62,437 nucleotides of DNA from a virus (lineage: Duplodnaviria > Caudoviricetes), in the IMG/VR virus record IMGVR_UViG_3300021425_000035, positions 1 through 62,437 of that record, one strand, 5' to 3'. The notes below the pieces were generated by a model, which was not told the origin of the DNA, made no database searches, and saw nothing but the letters and a program-made list of their open reading frames with translations. The translations under genes and the position numbers were made by a program. Below are positions 21,872-33,700 of this stretch, in pieces (within the stretch, counting starts at the first letter, position 1; each line of letters opens with the position of its first letter).

Positions 21872-24800
21872 TTATACGTCAAAGGTGTTTACGTTGTAGA
21901 GAATTCTATCCGTTCCGAATATAAAGTAGTTGATGATAAAATCTCCAACTATACCATTTTCTCCTGTATCAGTATTTAGCCAAGCATTCTTAATAGAATA
22001 CCATCTATTACCACCAGAAGAACCAATTCTTTCCAGTCCTTTTATAACTGTACCTGCTGTGTTAGCAGTGGAAACATAAATGAATCCAGAAACACCCAAA
22101 TTAGCAGTTAAAACATTTTCACTAAGTCTTCCAATTCTTAGCAATCCTTGATTAGTATCTAATTCGGAAAGACTGGGGGTATAAGTAAAGTTTACTCCGT
22201 TCTCTAAATTGTAAACAAAATTTCCTCCCGATAAAGCACCAGCATCATAGTTACCAACATCATCCACATAAATCTGCCATGTTGTTGGAGCGGGAGATCC
22301 AGTTAATTTATTGGCATATGCCCATTGAAATAATGCTTGTGGCGTTACAAATACATCGTCAATAGATTGTGCTGCTGGACCCCAGTTTTGAGATGGAGAA
22401 ACTTTTTTGGAGAAACCATATTTATCCTCGGTTGCAACTGGAAATCTATACAACGTATTTGGTTGTGCCACTTGAGAATCTTTTAGTTCGAGGCTGGCAC
22501 CATCTCTTATTTTGAGAACGTTAGAAACCTCAATATCAGCAACGGTTACCTTATCGTAAGTAACTGTCTTCGAAGACGCTTCTGCTAATTGAATACGTGC
22601 AGATGACTGTAAGATAGTAGAGAATGCCTCTAGGTTTCCAACGCCACTACTAGAAGCAGCAGTAATATATAGATAATCATCTGGGTTTATTAGTCTAGTT
22701 TGAGCACTTGTTTTTAATTTAGGTGTATTAACTGTTTCTGATTGACTACCTTTGGTATCAATAATTTGGGCACCAATGAAGAAGTCTCCATTGGAGTTAG
22801 TTCCACTAGATCCGTTAAATCCACCGTCAATTTCCTGTGTCTGAGCATTGATAGTTTGCTGCTTGTTAAGAACGATAGTTTGGAATGCAGGGAAACCAGT
22901 TGAGTAGTTACCTGGGCCAAATCCAACATATTCCCAGGTATGTCCAGATGCTCTAATATTACTTGGTCTGTGTAGTTTGACTGCAATTGGTGCCAATCCA
23001 TTTTGATCTTCAAACAATAACATTCTATTACTATATGCAGATCCGTCATTTCTAGTTGTTTCATTTACGACAGTAAAATTATCAAAAAGATCATCATCAA
23101 TACCAATATCGTTTTGTATATTAGATCCACCAACTTTCTTGTAAGGTTCGTTTGATTTGAAATTAATTCTTTTTAATTTTACACCAATCAATGATCCGTC
23201 TCCAGCACTAATTATATTTCCACCTGTTAGTTTTTTAAATGTTATTTGATTAGTTGATGAAGAAGAAATTCTATAAAAAGTGTTTGTATCAATAATAGAA
23301 GAAGATCCAGCGGAGCAGAATTTTATAATATCATCAACAGCTAGATTATTAGTTCCGCTAGTTAAAGTTACTGTTGATCCAACATTACTTCCAATTGTAT
23401 AAAGAGAAACACCAGAATTGATATTAATACCAGATTGTAGATATGTAACAAAAGTTTCTATAGTTTCTGCTGTAGTAGAATATTCCGATCTTCTACTATA
23501 TCCATCCGCTTGTAAGTTAGAAGCATCTACTGTAACGGTCTTGATTGTTGGTGTGGTGTCATAAACACTGTATGATTTTTTAGGGTTCCATTCTGGTTTA
23601 TCGAGGTTTATATCTGGGTATAAGAAATATTGATTTTGAGAATATCCAATTGGAAGCTGATCTGTGGAATTTAAAATATTTTTTACATTGGCATCACCAA
23701 CTGTCAGTAAATAATAACCATCTTGCTGATTATATTGATATTCGATTTGAGTTTCTACGTCATAAATGTAATAACTATTTTCATAATAAGGAGCTTGATC
23801 AAGTTCTAATTTTATGACGTATTTTCTTTCAGGCGGTTTTGCTATTTGATTTTTTGGTATTTTGTAAAGAACTCTCCAAGTATGATCTTTTTGTAGACGA
23901 TTATCTGGTGTCCTCTTAGCATATAAACTTGGGAATGTAGAATTTCCACTAAACTCTCTGGCATCTATTGTATTCAATGCATAATCCGTATTTGAATCAT
24001 AACGCATTGTAATTCTCTTGAGAAGAGTATTTTCCGTAGTGGAATCAATTGGAGTTGCCCCTCCAAAATCAGCATTTGTTTGAGTTGCGGCAAATGATGC
24101 AGCATCTACAAATTCAAAGTAGCTTCCATCTGCAGCTTGTCCCCAATAGAATACATCAGATTCTAAAACAGAATCCATAATGTAAATAACAACATGTCCG
24201 TAATATACTGTGCCTTGCGTCTCAGAATACTCCCAACCATAATATTGTCTAGTATCATTTTCTGGAACTGTAAAGATTGTATTATCTGATGTAGTTTGAT
24301 TTACCTCAGCATCAATGCAAGTTTGACCGTCTTCATTGACAGCTCCTTTTAATCTTAGCCTTGCCTTAAATTCTTTTTGAACTGCAGATCCAATAAAAGT
24401 CGGGAATGAAGTGTATACATATTCATCAAAGTCACTTCCCGTTTCGTAAGTTTCTGTGATTGGATCAAATTTAATATTCTTTCCTTTACCTAAAAGATAA
24501 TTAATACCATCAAGTAATAACCAACGCTTTTCTTGGGGAGTTCCTTTGTTTTCAATGTATTCTGGAACTTCATCTTTACCAAACAATCCATATGGGTTAT
24601 TTGGATTCTTGACGTAGATTTTACTAATTTTAGGTCTGTTTGCTACTTCAGCATTTTGCCAAGCAGAAAATGTTCTTTGATCGATTTCGCCAATACCAAC
24701 TGGTTGTGTGTTTATATAATTGATTCCTCGTGGTGGGACTACTCCAATCAACTGTCCAGTTGAATCTTGATTAAACGCATCTCTTTTATATCCAGAACTT

Positions 24801-27800
24801 AATGTAGCAATATTACCGAAGTTTGAGTTTGAGTTTGTAATAGATACATCAGATCCTGTAGCGGAAATAAAATGATCCGCATAACCAACAGCGAAAACAG
24901 ATACAACCTGCAGGAAAGAATCGTTACTACACTTAATGTGATAATGTCTCCAACCATCAAGATATGTAGAATCTACTTTAGTATGTCTTTGATCTGCATT
25001 TGTAACTACTTTAGTTCTGTCACTATAAGTAGGTTGATTCGTGGGATTATATAGATAAGCTCTGTCATCTCTCTGTAGTGAGATACCAGTGTATTGTGCA
25101 AGAACCATTGATTTGAAACCAGTGGCATCATCACCATTTGCATGTAAACCACCCATTCCATATACGGAACGTAGTGAACAGTTAAAGATATATGGAGAAG
25201 CGGAACTTACAGTATCAATAGAGGTTGGTGATGTTGCATCACCAACGATTCTGTTTTCTTCAATTCTTCGAGTAAGTTCATCTTCACTGATATCTGGATT
25301 AATTTGAGCATTATAAATTCTAACCGACTTTAGATAATACTCATCAAGTTCTTTTGCGTTAGCATACTTGAATGCAACTAGTCTGTGGTGACTACATGGG
25401 AAGCATCCAGTATCATCAATACCATTCTGGTTGCTATATGTAACAAGATTTCCAGATGAATTTACATATTGTGGAAGATTAATCGCATCTTTAATTGTAA
25501 GTTGCCAGAAATAAGAACCACCCGTTACCCTAAAGATAGCACTTTCTTGGTCTCTATCAAATCCATAAGGAACTCTTCTGATAGTAGAAGTTACACTGTC
25601 ATTTAGAATATCAACATATAATGAATATGAGGTCCAAATTGATGAAGCAACATCATTACACTGCGGAATAGATGAATCAAAAAGATCTCCAGATGCAAAT
25701 TTAGATTCTGAGTATGGGGTTTTTATTGAATAAAAAGTTCCTGCTTTAAATGTAAAACCACCATTTGTCGTTTGATTTGTATTAACAGCACTATCTAAAG
25801 TAGCAGATGTTGCAGCTCCATTTCCATCATAAACAACATCTAAAATTTGACGACTTCCAATAATTCCTGGACCTTCAACAGTAACGCCAGGAACAATACC
25901 TAGTTGTGCAGATGCAAAAGTAATTGTAGTACCACTTGTAGTTGCTTGATCCACAAAAGAACTGTTTCTCATTGCCATGATAGCCATATGAGAAACAATT
26001 CTAAGAGTTCTTACGGTATCTAATACTTCATTTGCTCCTTCAATCATTCCTTGATTAAGAACTGCTCCATCGTAATAGAATTTGGCAGTATCATAAATGC
26101 TTGAGTTGCCACCCCTCTGGAGATCTGCAACTAATGCATCTATATAATATCCAATATCTCTCTTACACTTCGCTTTGTTATAATCAGCATTTCCAGGAGT
26201 AAAATTATCTTGCAACCATCCAAATGCTTCTGACTGAATATAGTCTCTATTGTAAATGATTAAATTCCCTGCATCTTGATATCTATGAGGTGTTGCTGGA
26301 GTTGCTGGATCTGGAACATATTTTGGTCTTAGGATCGTTTTTCTTAAATCTAGGCCAATAATAGACGTACCTCTTGGCACTATTATGCCGCCTGAAGGAG
26401 GATTTATTTTATGTAAATTTGCAACTAGTTCTTGTTCTGTGTTGTAATTTGCTGCTGTATTGAAGAAACTAGCAAAGTCTGCATCTGTTTCTTGTTTTCC
26501 TGGTCTATTATCAATATCATAATCACCAGGATAAACAATAATTGTATAGTATTCAAATGCGTCAACACCAACTTCTTCTGCGATACCAGTACCAGTAGGT
26601 GCAATTGAATTCGCAGTAAATATAGTACCAGGATTATTATTTGTAGCACCAATAGTGGTCCAATTCGTGTTACCAGCAATAATAATCTTGTACTGTTTTC
26701 CAGTTATAATTTGTTCTGCTGGAACTTCGCCTAACTGACCTTTACCAGCAACATATGATTGCTTGGCAACCTCAAATAATGCTCTTTCAATACTTCTGAA
26801 TGGTTTGTTTAGACTTCTACCAGTTTCATCGAATGCGTCTGTGGCATATAGTTCATTCTTGCTAACATAAATTGTTCTTTCGTTGTTTGTAAGTTCAATA
26901 TTTGCTGAGTTTTTTGTTGCAAGACCTTGAGCAACAATCGTGCCATCAGCTCTTAGTAGAATTTTTGTATCTGGATCTCCGCCAGTAGTAAAATTAAGTC
27001 CAAAACCATCACGATAAAATCCAGTGTTATCTGAAGTATCAGAAGTATTTCTGAAATCAACAGAAACATCATTGATCGTTCCTGCAGCTATTGATTCATA
27101 ATTTGTTTTTAAATTAGCTGTATTTAAAGTATTTGTATCTGCATTATAATTTAAATCAGGATCGTATTGGATACCAGCAGATTCTCCACTACCATCTAAA
27201 ATAGCTAGTGGTTTATCTATGGTTTGATTTGATTGAGTTAAAATTACTTTTTGCGTTTCAGTTGCTGATAGATTAATTGAAGATGACGAAAGACTTAAAA
27301 CACTAAATCTAGCGTCTAAATTTCCGCTATCTATTTGAATAATATCTCCTACTTTATAACCATCTCCAGGAGAAGAGATAACTAACTCTGTTGGTAATGC
27401 TCCCCCTACTCCTCCAGACCACGAAACAATTAGTCCACTTCCAGATCCTGTAATAAAAGTAGTTGCTACATTAGTATCGGAAGCATTATAACCACTACCG
27501 CCACTATTATAATTTAATGTTTGTACTGGACCAGACCCGATTAACGTTTCTCTAACTTCATTTATAGCAGATACTAATGTAGTTTTTGATGTTGTTGCTA
27601 AATCTGGTAAATTTCCAATTTGATTTAATGCTGAACCTGCATTTGCTAAAGCAGTGTCTGCATCTGCTTGTGCTGCAGCTGCATCTTGAATTCCTTGGTC
27701 AGCTGTAACTTTTACTTCATTTACAGCTGGAATTAATTTAGATGCTGTCGTCGATAAATTATCAATATCTTGTATTTGCGTTACTACAAATGTTGCATCA

Positions 27801-28765
27801 TTTCCGCCAGAAAGAATTGTAATAACATCATTAACTTTATAACCATTTCCACTAGAAACAATAGTAATAACTTGTGGTACAGCTCCACCAGTTCCACCAG
27901 ACCAAGAAACTGTTAATCCAGTTCCACTTCCGTTTGATGACGTTGCAATATTTACTGCAGTGCCTGGATATCCTGATCCACCATTCTGTATTGTTACTGA
28001 TGCAATCTTCCCCGTTAAAGTTATTTGGCTTTTTATTTCATTAATTGCACTTGTAATATCAGAAACATCTACTGTAACTAAGTCAGATAAATTTCCTACG
28101 ATATTGTTTATATTTGTATTATTTGATGATACAGTAGAAGCTAAACTTTGTGCGGTAGAATCTGTAGTATCAAGTCTAGTTTTTAATTCATTTATTGAAC
28201 CAACTACTGTTGATTTTTGTGTTGTTGTTAATGTATTTTTATCACCAACATAATTATTAACTCCTTTTGGTCCGATATATCTATAGCCTTTTATTCTTAT
28301 TTGACCAGTGGAGGTTGAAGTAACCAAACTCGACACATTATCAGAAATGAAATGTAGAACTCCAGTAGTGTAATCAAATATCCATTCATCATTATTTCCA
28401 GTACCATTTGGATATATTCTTTGCGTTCCATTTGATCCATATACTTCAATAGCATACTTCTGACCAAATTCTGGAGAAATCCAATCTTTTAAATTAGTTT
28501 TCCAAGTTCTTTTTGGATCTTTTGCTGAAAAATCTGCAGAACATTGTACAGCAGTTGTATAGCGGTCTTCCACAAATCCAGAAACTGCGGCTGGAGTTGA
28601 TGGTATCTTATCGGAAGCAAACCAAATTAAATCTCCTCTTGCAGAATCTACTGAAATTATAGATTCATTATACGTCGATTTATTATCCGATAAATCTGTT
28701 TTGGCTGATTTATAACCAACTTTTTTATACAGATAATCTAACTTTTCAGAATCTGGAATTGCCAT
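21872..28765 (-). CDS. Large virion structural protein with beta-helix body (2297 aa)
   Basis: 'KPFRSIERAL', 'PRGTSIIGLDLRKT', 'KCKRDIGY', 'SASPYIFNCSLRSVYGM', 'RASGHTWEYVGFGPGNYSTG' motifs of conserved cyanomyophage structural proteins; N-terminal 'L.T..K..LV.AINE' repeats. Confidence 0.8.
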   Translation of the reverse strand: MAIPDSEKLDYLYKKVGYKSAKTDLSDNKSTYNESIISVDSARGDLIWFASDKIPSTPAAVSGFVEDRYTTAVQCSADFSAKDPKRTWKTNLKDWISPEFGQKYAIEVYGSNGTQRIYPNGTGNNDEWIFDYTTGVLHFISDNVSSLVTSTSTGQIRIKGYRYIGPKGVNNYVGDKNTLTTTQKSTVVGSINELKTRLDTTDSTAQSLASTVSSNNTNINNIVGNLSDLVTVDVSDITSAINEIKSQITLTGKIASVTIQNGGSGYPGTAVNIATSSNGSGTGLTVSWSGGTGGAVPQVITIVSSGNGYKVNDVITILSGGNDATFVVTQIQDIDNLSTTASKLIPAVNEVKVTADQGIQDAAAAQADADTALANAGSALNQIGNLPDLATTSKTTLVSAINEVRETLIGSGPVQTLNYNSGGSGYNASDTNVATTFITGSGSGLIVSWSGGVGGALPTELVISSPGDGYKVGDIIQIDSGNLDARFSVLSLSSSSINLSATETQKVILTQSNQTIDKPLAILDGSGESAGIQYDPDLNYNADTNTLNTANLKTNYESIAAGTINDVSVDFRNTSDTSDNTGFYRDGFGLNFTTGGDPDTKILLRADGTIVAQGLATKNSANIELTNNERTIYVSKNELYATDAFDETGRSLNKPFRSIERALFEVAKQSYVAGKGQLGEVPAEQIITGKQYKIIIAGNTNWTTIGATNNNPGTIFTANSIAPTGTGIAEEVGVDAFEYYTIIVYPGDYDIDNRPGKQETDADFASFFNTAANYNTEQELVANLHKINPPSGGIIVPRGTSIIGLDLRKTILRPKYVPDPATPATPHRYQDAGNLIIYNRDYIQSEAFGWLQDNFTPGNADYNKAKCKRDIGYYIDALVADLQRGGNSSIYDTAKFYYDGAVLNQGMIEGANEVLDTVRTLRIVSHMAIMAMRNSSFVDQATTSGTTITFASAQLGIVPGVTVEGPGIIGSRQILDVVYDGNGAATSATLDSAVNTNQTTNGGFTFKAGTFYSIKTPYSESKFASGDLFDSSIPQCNDVASSIWTSYSLYVDILNDSVTSTIRRVPYGFDRDQESAIFRVTGGSYFWQLTIKDAINLPQYVNSSGNLVTYSNQNGIDDTGCFPCSHHRLVAFKYANAKELDEYYLKSVRIYNAQINPDISEDELTRRIEENRIVGDATSPTSIDTVSSASPYIFNCSLRSVYGMGGLHANGDDATGFKSMVLAQYTGISLQRDDRAYLYNPTNQPTYSDRTKVVTNADQRHTKVDSTYLDGWRHYHIKCSNDSFLQVVSVFAVGYADHFISATGSDVSITNSNSNFGNIATLSSGYKRDAFNQDSTGQLIGVVPPRGINYINTQPVGIGEIDQRTFSAWQNAEVANRPKISKIYVKNPNNPYGLFGKDEVPEYIENKGTPQEKRWLLLDGINYLLGKGKNIKFDPITETYETGSDFDEYVYTSFPTFIGSAVQKEFKARLRLKGAVNEDGQTCIDAEVNQTTSDNTIFTVPENDTRQYYGWEYSETQGTVYYGHVVIYIMDSVLESDVFYWGQAADGSYFEFVDAASFAATQTNADFGGATPIDSTTENTLLKRITMRYDSNTDYALNTIDAREFSGNSTFPSLYAKRTPDNRLQKDHTWRVLYKIPKNQIAKPPERKYVIKLELDQAPYYENSYYIYDVETQIEYQYNQQDGYYLLTVGDANVKNILNSTDQLPIGYSQNQYFLYPDINLDKPEWNPKKSYSVYDTTPTIKTVTVDASNLQADGYSRRSEYSTTAETIETFVTYLQSGININSGVSLYTIGSNVGSTVTLTSGTNNLAVDDIIKFCSAGSSSIIDTNTFYRISSSSTNQITFKKLTGGNIISAGDGSLIGVKLKRINFKSNEPYKKVGGSNIQNDIGIDDDLFDNFTVVNETTRNDGSAYSNRMLLFEDQNGLAPIAVKLHRPSNIRASGHTWEYVGFGPGNYSTGFPAFQTIVLNKQQTINAQTQEIDGGFNGSSGTNSNGDFFIGAQIIDTKGSQSETVNTPKLKTSAQTRLINPDDYLYITAASSSGVGNLEAFSTILQSSARIQLAEASSKTVTYDKVTVADIEVSNVLKIRDGASLELKDSQVAQPNTLYRFPVATEDKYGFSKKVSPSQNWGPAAQSIDDVFVTPQALFQWAYANKLTGSPAPTTWQIYVDDVGNYDAGALSGGNFVYNLENGVNFTYTPSLSELDTNQGLLRIGRLSENVLTANLGVSGFIYVSTANTAGTVIKGLERIGSSGGNRWYSIKNAWLNTDTGENGIVGDFIINYFIFGTDRILYNVNTFDV

Positions 28766-28780
28766 TTCTTATCGATTTAC

Positions 28781-30550
28781 TTAAGAGGAAATACTAATAA
28801 ATGATACCGTTTGAGAAGGAGATAATTTTACTCTAACAAAAATATCATTAGTTAAAGAATTTGAACTATTTTCCGACCCAAAAGTGCAGTATATAACTGT
28901 ATTATTTAGGGATGTATTCAAGATAAGTTTGTTTTCTAAAGCACATCCATTAATAGGAACTCCATAACCAGAATAAAGTTCGGTTGGAGTAATCCATCCA
29001 TTAGTGGTAGTATTATTTTGTAATAAATTACTAATATTAGAAGTAATCCATAATCCACTAATTCCTGTGCTAGAATTAATTTTTATTGGAAAATTTGATA
29101 ATGATTGTCTATTAAATTTAAATGTAAAATATTGACTTCCTGTTCTACCAGAACTTAAATTTGGTCCAGCTGGGATATAATTTAAAGAATAATTTGTTTG
29201 ATCATGTTTTAATAATCCACCAACAACAGTAGCTTCATATGTAGAAATAGTAAATGGAGTATTAAAATTTATTGTTGTAGTGTCCCAAATATTAGATGGA
29301 GTATCTAAATTCGATTTTGATGATACTCTAAGTCCATTACTAGATCCAATACCAACTTCTCCTGATATTATAATATTTTGCTCATCAACTTTTGTAGTTG
29401 AAGCTGTTCCACCTTTTATTAATATAGTTTTATTATAAGATGGTGTATTTGAAGTTACACTATAACTATTATTTAATATAAATTGTGGAAAAGTACTACT
29501 AGCTAAATGAGTATCTCTCAATGGAATAGTAACAGTATGATTTATTGTAGATGAACTTAAATAGTTTGCTGGTAAAGGTGTAACAATTCCGACATCTGTA
29601 TAGGTAATATTTGAGGAGAAATTAAAAGCAGTTGAAGATCCAACAGAAATAAATTCATTTGATGCTGGAAATGTATTTCCAGATAATTTACCCATTGTCA
29701 ATTGTACTTGGAAAGAATTTGATTGTGAGAAATGGGCAATACCGCTACTATAATTATAATTTGTAGTTACTGGTTCAATGATTGATGAAGTTAATGTTGG
29801 TGATCCTGGTGATGCTGTATCATATAACCATGTTAAAATTTGTGTAGATGTTCCAGATTGATCAAATTTTAATGTGTTCCATCCAGATAAAGAAGTTCCA
29901 AAAGCAGACAAATCATAAGAAGTCCATATATTAGCTGGTATATCAACAATTAAATTATAGTCTTGATTATTAGAAATAATTAAATCATCATAGATTCCAG
30001 AATTATCCGCTAAAGATAATGTTACTGATCCAGAAACAGAACCATTTTTTACTACTGAAATAATTCCTTCTTCTCCTGGTCCAACTGATACCAAAGGTTC
30101 CGTGGCATAAGACGAAGATCTAATTACTTTTATTGTACTTCCAGCTCCAGGTAAAGATAAATTGCCATTATTTGACACAGTTACGCCAGAACAATATCTG
30201 TATAAAGAATATGAATTTAAATCAATCGATAAATTTGAAATAGATGGGGGTTTTTCTGGTAAAAGTTTGCCCAGCAAAGTATTTATTTTATCCGTAGCAT
30301 CAGCAACAGTAGTAGTACTTTGTAAATAAACTGCATAGGTATCATTAGTATACGATCCATCTGTTGGCGTACCCAAAACTCCAGCGTCAACATTAGATAC
30401 TGCAGTATTTAAATTATTTACTGCATCTACTAAATTCGTATTACCACCTACCGACAAAGAAGCTAAATCACCTACATTTTGTGACAATAAATTTATCTTT
30501 TGCCTTTGAATTTCAAAAGTATCTGTTTTAGCTACGTTAATTTTTGGCAT
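28781..30550 (-). CDS. Virion structural/fibre-related protein (589 aa)
   Basis: N-term 'MPKINVAKTDTFEIQRQKIN' resembles cyanophage fibre N-termini; S/T/N-rich body. Confidence 0.65.
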   Translation of the reverse strand: MPKINVAKTDTFEIQRQKINLLSQNVGDLASLSVGGNTNLVDAVNNLNTAVSNVDAGVLGTPTDGSYTNDTYAVYLQSTTTVADATDKINTLLGKLLPEKPPSISNLSIDLNSYSLYRYCSGVTVSNNGNLSLPGAGSTIKVIRSSSYATEPLVSVGPGEEGIISVVKNGSVSGSVTLSLADNSGIYDDLIISNNQDYNLIVDIPANIWTSYDLSAFGTSLSGWNTLKFDQSGTSTQILTWLYDTASPGSPTLTSSIIEPVTTNYNYSSGIAHFSQSNSFQVQLTMGKLSGNTFPASNEFISVGSSTAFNFSSNITYTDVGIVTPLPANYLSSSTINHTVTIPLRDTHLASSTFPQFILNNSYSVTSNTPSYNKTILIKGGTASTTKVDEQNIIISGEVGIGSSNGLRVSSKSNLDTPSNIWDTTTINFNTPFTISTYEATVVGGLLKHDQTNYSLNYIPAGPNLSSGRTGSQYFTFKFNRQSLSNFPIKINSSTGISGLWITSNISNLLQNNTTTNGWITPTELYSGYGVPINGCALENKLILNTSLNNTVIYCTFGSENSSNSLTNDIFVRVKLSPSQTVSFISISS

Positions 30551-30731
30551 TGTTTGCGATCTCTCTAAGAAGCTGTTTTATTTCAGATAGTTCTTCCTTC
30601 AAAGTATTTATGTCATCTTTCATAATATTAAACTCAGATGTTAATCTTTTTGTGGGACGATCCTTACTTATGATCGCCCCAGTATTAACATCTCTAACTA
30701 GGTTTGGATGACCTTCAACTGGTAAGTACAT
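30537..30731 (-). CDS. Conserved small cyanophage protein (64 aa)
   Basis: 'VEGHPNLVRD..TGAII...ELSEIKQLL' family normally follows the VrlC-like gene. Confidence 0.75.
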   Translation of the reverse strand: MYLPVEGHPNLVRDVNTGAIISKDRPTKRLTSEFNIMKDDINTLKEELSEIKQLLREIANNAKN

Positions 30732-33700
30732 TAGAATGAAGCCACTGCACGAAGATCTTGAATTTTCGGAGCATATGCTGGATCATCTGACTTCATTACG
30801 ATTTTAATTGCAAATGAAGTAAATTCAGGAAGATCTGCAACGCTATATCTAAATTCTTGATATGACGATTGCTTTTCTACAATAGCCGAAATTGAATTTT
30901 CTGCTGTTGCTAAATCATCATTATCTGGAGATCCATCTAGATTAAAATACTTCCAGTTGATATCTTCAAAATTAGATTGTAAAGATGCTTCTTTAATTCG
31001 ATAAAGAACTTTTACATTTTCTCTATCTTTAACATTAGCAGTAATTCTGACATCAATAGTTGTACCAGGACTATTGATAGCAACTTCTTTTGATACATAT
31101 TTTGCTAATGACGAAGTATTTTTTGCACTAGTTTCTGGAGTAAAATCTACACCAGTAGTAAATTCCATTGAAGAAACTTCAACATATCTACCATCACCAG
31201 TTTTAACGATGTCTCCTACTCTAAAGATATCTTGCGATTGATTTGTTGATTGTCTTACAAAAACACTTCCCTTAGTAATTGGGCTAGTGTAATTATTAGA
31301 AATAGGTAAATAACTATTCTCAACAATTAATTCTTTATCTTTAGAATCCCATGAAATAATCTTTCCATTGATAGTATTAGCATAATCAGTATTTACATTT
31401 TCTGGGTAATGCGCAATAAGATCTGCATTTTCTGAGAAGTTAAACAACTGCTCAGCTACGCTAGAAACACTTAGATTTGCACTTGTTATGCGAACTCCTG
31501 ATGAAGTACTGGCAATTAATTGCTCATTGGATTTAAATACAACAGAAGTGTTTAAAATTACCAACGCAACATTATCTGCATAATTTAATATGGTGCCAGT
31601 TGCTTTACTTGTTTCGCCAGTTAAAATTGTTCCTGGTACTAATTGATTAGAAGAGCCAACAATAACTAAACCTATATTATATAAAGAAGAGAATTTTAAT
31701 TTTTGATACCTCTTTCCAAATCTATCTTCATAACCAGTAGAGTTTTCTACTCTATTAGTTGACATTTTAACAGAACATGTATTTAAATCAATTACAGGAG
31801 ATAAGTAAGAAATAGAAGATGATAAATTAACTTTGTACTCTAATGATTTATCAATTGAATTTACTGTCTCATTAATTCTTGATGCCACAATTTTTTGATT
31901 AGAGAAAAAGTGTTCTTGATTTAAGAAAGTTTTTTCGTAATCTGTTTGCGTATATGAGGGGAAATTAATTGATGTAGAATCTACTGGTGTAATGTTAGTA
32001 GTTTTTACAAAACTATCAATTGTAGTTCCTTCTAACTGCAAATAAGAAATTTGAGCATAAAGTTTCTCGTATTTTCTATTATAAGAAGCAAGAACTTTTT
32101 TGCCTCCACCAACAACACTAGATCCAGCTCTATTTGGAGAAATTATATTGTAAGAATCAATTCCAGAATTTGTAACTTCAAACAGTAAAGCATTTAAAGA
32201 TGCGGAAGAAATTCCACCAACAGTTTCTGCATTTCTGAAGAATACGTAAGATTTGCCAGTTCCCTCAAAACCATGATCTCTGTGATTTACCTTAACAATA
32301 GAATTATTATTTTTAAATAGATTTGATGTAGCATTTGTTCCAGATCTTACACTAGTTTCAAATGGATTTGAATCTAATAACTCATAACCTAAATCTTTAT
32401 TAGTTAATAAAAGTTCTGCTGGTCTTGTAATATCAAACTCGGCTCTATAAAGAGTAAATTTAATATCCTCAAATAAATCTTCTGTCCAGTTATCTGTGTT
32501 CTGTGATTTGTAAACAGAACCAAGCAGAGGTTGTGAATTTACAGTAGTGCTGGTAGAAATTTCAGTTTCTCCTAATCTTGATGCCCAGATCTCATAATTG
32601 ATCGAATCTGTTTCGACAGTTAATGCATACTCAGAATCATTCTGTAAATATACTGGATGCTTGAAATTAAATCTTGTTGGAACAATTGATTTAGTATCAC
32701 TAAATTCATCTGTAGCAATACCCATTCGTACCGCTGGGGTATCGATCTCAATTACAGATTGAATTACAGCTTCTCCTGCACCACTACCAATACCTTTGAT
32801 AACTACTGAAGGAGCTTCTGTATAACCACGACCACTTAGTGAAATCTCTGCATTGTAAATTTTGAAATCAGAAACACTAACTGTACCAGTTGCCGTACTT
32901 CCACCTGGGAGTTGAGGACTTTCGATTACAATAGTAGCACTTTCGTAATTATCTCCCACATTAGTAACTTTGAGATCAACAACCTTGCCAGAATCTTTGG
33001 CAATTGTTAAAACTGCATTTTTATTGCGTGTGTTGTTGAACTCTGTAACAGAAGGAATCTCTAAAGGTTCATTCTGCAGGAATGAACCTCCATTATTGTT
33101 GCTTAGAACCAATGTATAAACTTGTTCCTTGTTCAATTGGAATTGAACTGAATTTTCATCCCCAACTAAAATATTATTTTTATCGTATACTTTTAAAATA
33201 GGACCAGTGGCATTTGAATTTTTACCTTTAATAAACTCATTTTTTCTGATAGAAATAGTATCAGAATCTCCAGTTAAATAAACTCTCAAATATGTCTCTG
33301 GATACATTACAGATTCTGAACCAGGAATAACATATTTTCCAGGCTTTCCCGTATCAATATTAGTTAGATATACTCTAATAGGTACGGAAGAATCTTTCTT
33401 ATTGAAGAATAAATCAACTCCAGTTGTAAACATACCACCAGCAAAATTCTCAATCTTGAATGTTTGCGCCAACGGATTTGGTTTTGATTCTTGATCTGTA
33501 TTGCTGTTTACAAGTTGTACTCCTTCGTTTGCTTTAAAGTACGCAACAGAAGTTGAAATTATTGATGGAGGATTTTCTGGGGTAATACCAGAAGAATAAA
33601 ATTTAATTTCTGCGTAAGTATCTGAATTTAGTTTTTCTGAATACTCTGGAGTAGATGCAAATGTAATTGTCTTTTCTCCAGATGTAAATCTAATTTCTTC

